Source: an uncultured archaeon
Lineage (GTDB): Archaea; Asgardarchaeota; Heimdallarchaeia; Heimdallarchaeales; Heimdallarchaeaceae
Assembly: GCA_964534625.1 (NCBI GenBank)
Contig: CAZHRF010000059.1
Location: 1 to 14,731 of the forward strand
Length of the DNA: 14,731 nt
Reading direction: 5' to 3'
In this document: piece by piece, positions 9,045 through 14,731 of the stretch
Numbering within the stretch: position 1 is the first letter of the stretch
Layout: the number at the start of each line of letters is the position of its first letter
The notes under the pieces: model-generated
Told to the model about the DNA's origin: nothing
The model's input: the letters and a program-made list of their open reading frames with translations, nothing else
The model's database searches: none
Translations under genes and position numbers: made by a program

Positions 9045-9080
9045 AATTGACACCTAGTATAGTAGTTTATGAGTAATTAC

Positions 9081-9101
9081 AAAGAAAAAAACAAGAGAAA
9101 A
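9081..9101 (-). terminator. Oligo-T tract between pstS and pstCA (possible partial terminator)
   Basis: The minus strand reads TTTTCTCTTGTTTTTTTCTTT directly after the pstS stop. Confidence 0.45.
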
Positions 9102-9106
9102 GGTTT

Positions 9107-10096
9107 TTACCTTTTACTCCTAACAATTTTGCTTGAGATACCCGCTGTAGCAATCACAGCTACAATTATAGCTATCATATTCATTGGAGAGGGAGACACA
9201 TCACCCACTGTCCATCTTAAGGGATCTTCTGGAGAATAATCAGTATAATAATTAATTCCTACAGGTATATAGCCCACATAATAAACAATGCTTTGACCTT
9301 CAATACCTAAAAGGAAATCAATAAACCGACCAGCTAATCCATTAGGAACACCATCTGTAACCAAATAGAGATCTCTTGCTACGGGATAAGTTCCATCGAT
9401 AATAGTACTTACTGAAGGAGAAACTCCATTAACAGCTACATCTTTCATTGTATCATCTAAATAGGCTAATCCTATATAACCAATGGCATTTTCTTCCGTT
9501 CTTATAATATTAACAGTTTCAGGGTGTGAGGCAGTCTGAGCATGATCAGCTACTTCACCTTGAGGTACATCTCCACCATCAAGGAAAAACTCATTAAAGA
9601 AATCATGAGTACCACTATTTGCATCTCTTTCTACAACTTTTATATCTTGATCATCTCCTCCTACATCTTGCCAATTTGTATAAGTACCATTATAGATCCC
9701 AGTAATCTGCTCTATAGTTAATTCACTAACAGGATTATCAAGATGTACAACAATTACTATTCCATCAACACCTACAACGGTGATGTAAACATCAACACCA
9801 GCATCATCGGCTTGATCAAGTTCTGAACTTTTGGGTAATCGGCTCATTGCACCTATATCAGTATCACCACTAATTAGCATGGCAATACCTGTTCCACTAC
9901 CTGCTGCACCAAGATCAAAACTGATGTGAGGATAGTATTCATTATATCTTCTAGATCCTTCTTCAATAACTGGATAGACAGTACTGCTTCCATGTATTCG
10001 CAAGGTTTCTTCTGTATTTGCACTTACAGCTGTACTGAAATACGCTATTGCGAAGGTCAATATTATTATCGTTGTTACGAATGACTTTTTGTTCAT
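9107..10096 (-). CDS. pstS: Phosphate ABC transporter substrate-binding protein PstS, with signal peptide and C-terminal TM anchor
   Basis: GSSTVYP, GSGTGI, DIGAMSR, DGIVIVVH, IYNG..TNWQDVGG, RDANSGT, AIGYIG and YPVARDLY motifs. The signal peptide starts at MNKK (10096); the ORF is open to 10114. Confidence 0.95.
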   Translation of the reverse strand: MNKKSFVTTIIILTFAIAYFSTAVSANTEETLRIHGSSTVYPVIEEGSRRYNEYYPHISFDLGAAGSGTGIAMLISGDTDIGAMSRLPKSSELDQADDAGVDVYITVVGVDGIVIVVHLDNPVSELTIEQITGIYNGTYTNWQDVGGDDQDIKVVERDANSGTHDFFNEFFLDGGDVPQGEVADHAQTASHPETVNIIRTEENAIGYIGLAYLDDTMKDVAVNGVSPSVSTIIDGTYPVARDLYLVTDGVPNGLAGRFIDFLLGIEGQSIVYYVGYIPVGINYYTDYSPEDPLRWTVGDVSPSPMNMIAIIVAVIATAGISSKIVRSKR

Positions 10097-10180
10097 CTGT
10101 AATCGAGTCAACATTTATTTTCCATTTTAATATAAAATAATTCCACATATCCTCTATTAGGTTATTGTGCGCAATTAGCT

Positions 10181-10210
10181 ACTATATAGCACTATTTTTA
10201 CTATATAGTT
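10181..10210. promoter_or_regulatory. Tandem palindromic operator (ACTATATAGC-N9-ACTATATAGTT) upstream of pstS
   Basis: CTATATAG palindromes inside the copies at 10181-10190 and 10200-10210, with a 19-bp period. The same architecture occurs at 11477-11506. Confidence 0.75.
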
Positions 10211-10384
10211 ATGGTTATCTTTAATTTGTGAAATAGATAAAATCAGCACCAGCATTATCAAGAGGGAGTATGTCAGACTTCAAAAAATATAATGAAGTCC
10301 TAACAATTACCAAATAGTTGCAAACCATATATAGTAACTACTTAGAAGTTTCTTTTAATCTCAATCAATTTTAAAAAACGTAAA

Positions 10385-11407
10385 TTAATCTCTATCACTG
10401 TTTATTACAGCCTCAGCTATATCTGCAGCATAACTATTTATTCTCTCAAAACTCCTGATAAGTAATATTATCGATAGCAAATGTTCATGTTCAATCTTAG
10501 TAATCTTGTGATAAAGAGCTTGAATGTCTTTTTGTAAAACGGGTTTATTATTAGCTATATCATTAGCCTCTAGAACTTTGGTGTTAAAAAAACAACCCAT
10601 TGCATTATTATAACTATCTCTAACTTTAGAACCAATGCTTTTAATCTCATTTAAAAGAGTCTTATTTTCAATCAAAGTATCCATTTCCATAACAGCTTGG
10701 GCTATACCATAAGCGTGATCCCCAATAGCTTCAAGTCGTTTGATAACTAATTTATAATCCATCACTTGAACCATTTTTATACCCAAGTATGAACAGTATG
10801 AAAGGTCAGATAAAATAGCATTAAGCTGCCGAGATACAAGAAAATATAAGCGGTCAACAGAAGGTTCTTGAAGTGAAACAAGACGAGCTGATTCTTTGTT
10901 AAGAGTAAAAAAGGATTCTAAAGCATTTTTAAACATCTTATCAGCAAGAACGTGTGTTCGATGAATCAGTTGATTGAGATCTAAAGATTCTAAACTAGTC
11001 AGATCTTTCAGTTGAATCCAGTGATTGGACTCTTCAACAATTTCAACTCCCATAAGATTAGCGGTAAATTGTTCAATTTTAGTACGAAACTCAAAATCTA
11101 TCCCGTCCTTATCAAATAGTTTTATCAAACGATAGCCTGAAAGATATTTACTAACAATTTTCCTTAATACTAGGTTGATGTCAAGAATTTCATTAATATT
11201 TATTTCTACTTCCTTAGTACTAGCTTCTCTTTTTTTATCTTCTGACATCACAAGAAGATTGCCCTCTTGTTGAGGATAAATGACTACTGTATCACCTTTT
11301 TCTAAATCACTCATGCGAATCCAATCGATGGGAAGGGCTATAGTATATGTGCTTCCACCAGTCTTTTGGATTTTTCGTGAATAAAATTCTTCGTCTAACA
11401 TATTCAT
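10385..11407 (-). CDS. Archaeal phosphate uptake regulator (N-terminal AbrB/SpoVT DNA-binding domain + two PhoU domains)
   Basis: RKIQKTGGSTYTIALPIDW..LEKGD.V (AbrB-like), SKYLSGY, LMGVEIVEES, VDRLYFL, KRLEAIGDHA and FERINSYAADIAE. The true start is probably 11407 or 11401; the extension to 11545 looks non-coding and overlaps the operator. Confidence 0.9.
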   Translation of the reverse strand: MNMLDEEFYSRKIQKTGGSTYTIALPIDWIRMSDLEKGDTVVIYPQQEGNLLVMSEDKKREASTKEVEININEILDINLVLRKIVSKYLSGYRLIKLFDKDGIDFEFRTKIEQFTANLMGVEIVEESNHWIQLKDLTSLESLDLNQLIHRTHVLADKMFKNALESFFTLNKESARLVSLQEPSVDRLYFLVSRQLNAILSDLSYCSYLGIKMVQVMDYKLVIKRLEAIGDHAYGIAQAVMEMDTLIENKTLLNEIKSIGSKVRDSYNNAMGCFFNTKVLEANDIANNKPVLQKDIQALYHKITKIEHEHLLSIILLIRSFERINSYAADIAEAVINSDRD

Positions 11408-11476
11408 AATGCGTTTAAAATACATCAATATATAGTTTATTGAATTGCACAATATTATTAGCAAAAAATAAATACA

Positions 11477-11507
11477 ACTATATAGCAACAATAGAACTAT
11501 ATAGTTC
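11477..11507. promoter_or_regulatory. Tandem palindromic operator (ACTATATAGC-N9-ACTATATAGTT) upstream of the AbrB-PhoU regulator
   Basis: Copies at 11477-11486 and 11496-11506. The second copy lies within the perfect 14-bp palindrome GAACTATATAGTTC (11494-11507). Confidence 0.75.
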
Positions 11508-11776
11508 ACTATTGTTTTCAGTAAAGAGTTGATAATGAATTTCATAAAGGGAAAAAAAACAATACATATTTGTTACGTATTCTCTGATTTCCCTTGTATT
11601 TCCTTTGTTTTTTTCACTGTTTAACCATCCTTTCTTGTTCTGTTCTACATAAACCAGACGGAGTGTGATAAGATGGAGTAGACTGTCATTCCTCTGTTAC
11701 TAACTGTTTATTTGTTTTTTTGTTCCTCTCCAGTACAGAATCATTCAAAGACTTTTAATATAAAAAGAGGAAAATT

Positions 11777-12835
11777 ATGGACGAGAAAAAAAAAATGACT
11801 GAAAAGATATGTTCTGTTCTCACAAAAAATCAAACCATTCTTGCTCAAAAAATAATGGATAAACACTATGAAAAAAACCTTGACATGAAAATTAACTATT
11901 CTAATAAAGAGAAAAAAGCTGCACTAGAAGATACAGAGTTTCATCTAAAATATTTAATAGAAGCACTTAGATTTGAAGAATCAAAATTATTTAGATACTA
12001 CATTTCTTGGGTGAAAGAGTTATTTATAGGCTTAAATTTGAATATAGAAGGACTGAAAGAGAACTTACAGATCATGCAATCAGTGATCAGAGAGACTTTC
12101 CCTAAATATTATGAAACGATTAATGAATATTTGAACGAAGGCATAAGAGAAACAGAGCAAAAAATTGTTTTAACTCAAACATATATAACAGAAAATCAAC
12201 CATACGCCGAGCTTACACAAGAGTATGTTAATGCCTTATTAGAGAGAGATAAACAAAAGGCACTTAAACTTATTCTGGGTGAAATAGACAAAGGTACGGC
12301 TATAAAAGACTTGTATTTACATGTTTTTCAGCTATCCCAATGGGAAATTGGCCGTTTATGGCAAAACAACGAGATATCTGTAGCTCAAGAACACTATTGT
12401 ACATCAGCGACCCAACTAATTATGGGGCAATTATATCAACATTTAATATCTTCAGAAAGAAAAAATAAAATACTTATTGCTACTTGTGTTGGCAAAGAAT
12501 TACATGAACTGGGTATACGTATGGTATCCAACCTATTTGAGCTAGATGGATGGGATACTTATTACTTAGGTGCCAATATGCCTTCAGGGGAGATTATAAC
12601 TATAATAAAGGACATACAACCAGATCTTATTGCATTATCAACAACTATTGTATATCATCTTTCTGAAATGAAAAATTTGGTTTCAACTATAAAACAAGAT
12701 TATACAACAACAAAAGTTGTGGTTGGCGGATACCCTTTTAATTTAATAAAAAATCTATGGAAAAAGATAGGAGCTGATGGATATGCGCCAGATGCTGAAA
12801 AAGCAGTTAAATTAGGGAATGAATTAGTAGGATAA
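11777..12835 (+). CDS. Cobalamin-binding sensor protein: N-terminal globin/phycobiliprotein-like helical domain + B12 cap + Rossmann B12-binding domain (photocobilin/CarH-like)
   Basis: W195-x9-E205H206 (WQNNEISVAQEH), E241-x-H243-xx-G246, YLGANMP, DLIALSTT, VVVGGYP and GADGYAPDA. GAGG SD at 11767-11770. Confidence 0.85.
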   Translation: MDEKKKMTEKICSVLTKNQTILAQKIMDKHYEKNLDMKINYSNKEKKAALEDTEFHLKYLIEALRFEESKLFRYYISWVKELFIGLNLNIEGLKENLQIMQSVIRETFPKYYETINEYLNEGIRETEQKIVLTQTYITENQPYAELTQEYVNALLERDKQKALKLILGEIDKGTAIKDLYLHVFQLSQWEIGRLWQNNEISVAQEHYCTSATQLIMGQLYQHLISSERKNKILIATCVGKELHELGIRMVSNLFELDGWDTYYLGANMPSGEIITIIKDIQPDLIALSTTIVYHLSEMKNLVSTIKQDYTTTKVVVGGYPFNLIKNLWKKIGADGYAPDAEKAVKLGNELVG

Positions 12836-12841
12836 ATATTT

Positions 12842-14341
12842 ATGGTTATAAAAACAGGCATTATTGTTTTAACTACAATAAATGGCAAAATCATTGAAAT
12901 AGTTAATACTGGAACTATTTCAGAATTAAACAATTATTCAAGTTTAGATACGATACCACACGATAATAAAAAATTTAGAGAATTACTAACTGAGATAGAA
13001 AAAAAAGGATATTCTTTCTCAAAAGAAGTGAAATTAAAGCTAAATGGAGTTCATACATACTATTTTGCAGGATCTAAAAGCGCGAATAAAATAGTACTTT
13101 TTGGTTGTAAGTCGAAATTGAACTTACTAAGGATGTTTGACAGATTGAGTAGTTTAAAGCCATTTTCTAAGTATTTAGAACCTTTATCACCAATCATTCA
13201 AAAAGAATTTGAAAAAATTGATGACCAATATGCCTTTTTAGACGAGCAAAGTTCTATAGTTAATGAACTTATCAACACGCAAAGGGAGTTATCATTAAAA
13301 AATATTAAAATAGAAAAAGAACGATTAAGATATGAAGTTACACTAAAAAATATTGAAGAAGCAGTTATATCAACCGATAGAAATTTCTGTATCCGTTTTA
13401 TTAATCAAAGAGCTGAGTTATTAATGGGGATTTCGCAAAGTAATGTTTTAAATAAGCAAGTGCAAAAAGTCCTACAACTTTATGATGAAAATTCAACAGA
13501 AGTTGGGTTTGATTGGTTTATAGAAAGAAAAAGGATTATATTTCAAGATTATATTGCATTGATTCATAAAGATGGAATCCGCATACCAATCGTAGGCGCG
13601 ATTTCAATATTAAAACATCAAAATACGGTTTTTGGCTATTTAATTGCTCTTTCCGATATAAGCGAAAGGAAGGAGATGATTGAAGAAAAAGAGAGAATTA
13701 ATCAATTATTAGAGATATTAAACCAAATTTTAAGACATGACATTAATAACAAAATTATCATCCTCAATTATGTTTTATCTGAATTAGAGGATAAGGAATC
13801 AATTTTATATCAACAAGGAGCCAAAGCATTAAAATCCATAGAAAAAATAATTGAAAGAGTCAAAAATATTGAAGAAGCAGTAAAAGAACAAGTTAAATTA
13901 GAAGTGTATCCATTGACAAAGATTATACAAGAGATTATGGGATCATATGATATCAGTTACCAAATAGAAGGGAAAGGAAAAGTCTGGGGTGATGGTGCTA
14001 TTTACTCTGTTGTACAAAACATTGTAAATAATGCTGTTTTACATGGAAAAGCAGAAAGTATCAAATTCATTATCGAGCAAGAAGAAGAGCACGTGATCTT
14101 GAATATAATAGATGATGGTAAAGGGATTAAACCAAATATAAAGAAACAAATATTCGAAAAAGGATTTAAATACGGAGAAACAGGAAATACGGGATTAGGA
14201 TTATACATTGTACAACAAATTATGCTCCGTTATAAAGGAAGTGTGTCTGTAGAACCAATTAAGCCAAAAGGTACAAATTTTAAATTGTATTTCTATAATG
14301 CTGAAGGTATTTCAAAAAAAGAATTAAACAAAAGAATATGA
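12842..14341 (+). CDS. Soluble PAS-domain sensor histidine kinase
   Basis: PAS (TLKNIEEAVISTD...FINQRAELLMG...DISERK), H-box ILRHDINN, N-box NIVNNAVLHG, G1 DDGKGI, F-box IFEKGF and G2 GNTGLGLYIV. No TM segments are evident. It starts 6 nt after the B12 gene. Confidence 0.92.
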   Translation: MVIKTGIIVLTTINGKIIEIVNTGTISELNNYSSLDTIPHDNKKFRELLTEIEKKGYSFSKEVKLKLNGVHTYYFAGSKSANKIVLFGCKSKLNLLRMFDRLSSLKPFSKYLEPLSPIIQKEFEKIDDQYAFLDEQSSIVNELINTQRELSLKNIKIEKERLRYEVTLKNIEEAVISTDRNFCIRFINQRAELLMGISQSNVLNKQVQKVLQLYDENSTEVGFDWFIERKRIIFQDYIALIHKDGIRIPIVGAISILKHQNTVFGYLIALSDISERKEMIEEKERINQLLEILNQILRHDINNKIIILNYVLSELEDKESILYQQGAKALKSIEKIIERVKNIEEAVKEQVKLEVYPLTKIIQEIMGSYDISYQIEGKGKVWGDGAIYSVVQNIVNNAVLHGKAESIKFIIEQEEEHVILNIIDDGKGIKPNIKKQIFEKGFKYGETGNTGLGLYIVQQIMLRYKGSVSVEPIKPKGTNFKLYFYNAEGISKKELNKRI

Positions 14342-14731
14342 AAACTAATAAAATTAAAGAACCAATATCGCTGTCAGACAGATCTAAAATATTCTTATAA
14401 TCATCGAAAATTATCTTATTGTTCAATTAATACCTCACCATTCGTGTGATATTGATTTATTTACCTGTTTTTTCTTCTTTCCGTAGTATCTGTTAATGGG
14501 TGTATTCAATAAAGATCATATATCAAGTATTACATTTTTGTCCCCCCCTACTAATGTTTAGGAAACTCAAAAACAGCACATGGAATAAACAAAAGTAGAA
14601 TAATACCATTTGCCATGAAATAAACGATTAAAAAGTATCCCCCCTCTCTTCTTGGAAGAAGTCATCTTTTTATATATTCTATTGTTCTTGTAAGGAGACA
14701 GATACAAGAAGGTCACCTTAACATATAGTCC

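Noticed and set aside
9963-10148. 61-aa minus-strand ORF overlapping the pstS start
   Set aside because: Out-of-frame overlap with pstS, no SD or motif, and no support for a leader-peptide role.
11408-11545. 46-aa N-terminal extension of the regulator ORF
   Set aside because: Low-complexity I/L/Y/N translation of AT-rich promoter DNA. It overlaps the operator and TATA-like sites, and the AbrB domain begins right after M47/M49.
11540-11776. Cobalamin riboswitch upstream of the B12-binding gene
   Set aside because: Only AAGGGAA is present. The other conserved elements (GGTG.AA.TCC and the GC..ACTG B12 box context) and the GC-rich stems are missing.
11777-12835. Methyltransferase corrinoid protein (MtaC/MetH-like) annotation
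   Set aside because: It has ExHxxG plus W-x9-EH, typical of CarH-like sensors, and its neighbour is a kinase rather than a methyltransferase.
12700-14208. Minus-strand ORFs 12700-12933 and 14002-14208
   Set aside because: Antisense to the B12 sensor and kinase genes.
14342-14731. Possible partial gene or element at the right edge (a minus-strand frame open ~55 codons from the edge; C6/C7 runs at 14542-14548 and 14639-14644)
   Set aside because: The translation has no recognisable protein character. It cannot be judged without flanking sequence.
1-14731. CRISPR array, tRNA/rRNA, transposase or integrase
   Set aside because: No regularly spaced long repeats, GC-rich structural RNA segments or mobile-element ORFs were seen.

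Overview
AT-rich, gene-dense, archaeal-type chromosomal window. The archaeal signals are a class III signal peptide, an AbrB-PhoU regulator, an archaeal TopA, GGTGA ribosome-binding sites and oligo-T terminators; an Asgard/Heimdallarchaeia origin is only a guess. In order it holds: a D-cysteine desulfhydrase-like PLP enzyme (+); topoisomerase IA (-); a lone type IV pilin-like protein with a thrombospondin C-terminal-like (L-type lectin) head (-); a phosphate-uptake cluster (-) of AbrB-PhoU regulator, pstS, a fused pstC-[4 extra TM]-pstA, pstB and phoU; and a divergent two-gene operon (+) encoding a globin/phycobiliprotein-like + CarH-type cobalamin-binding protein and a PAS histidine kinase. 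The best leads are (1) a photocobilin-like B12/bilin sensor coupled to a histidine kinase, (2) an identical 19-bp-spaced tandem palindrome, ACTATATAGC-N9-ACTATATAGTT, upstream of both pstS and its regulator (candidate archaeal PHO box), (3) the pilin-TSP_C fusion, and (4) the PstC-X-PstA fusion. All homology calls come from motifs read by eye; no searches were run.
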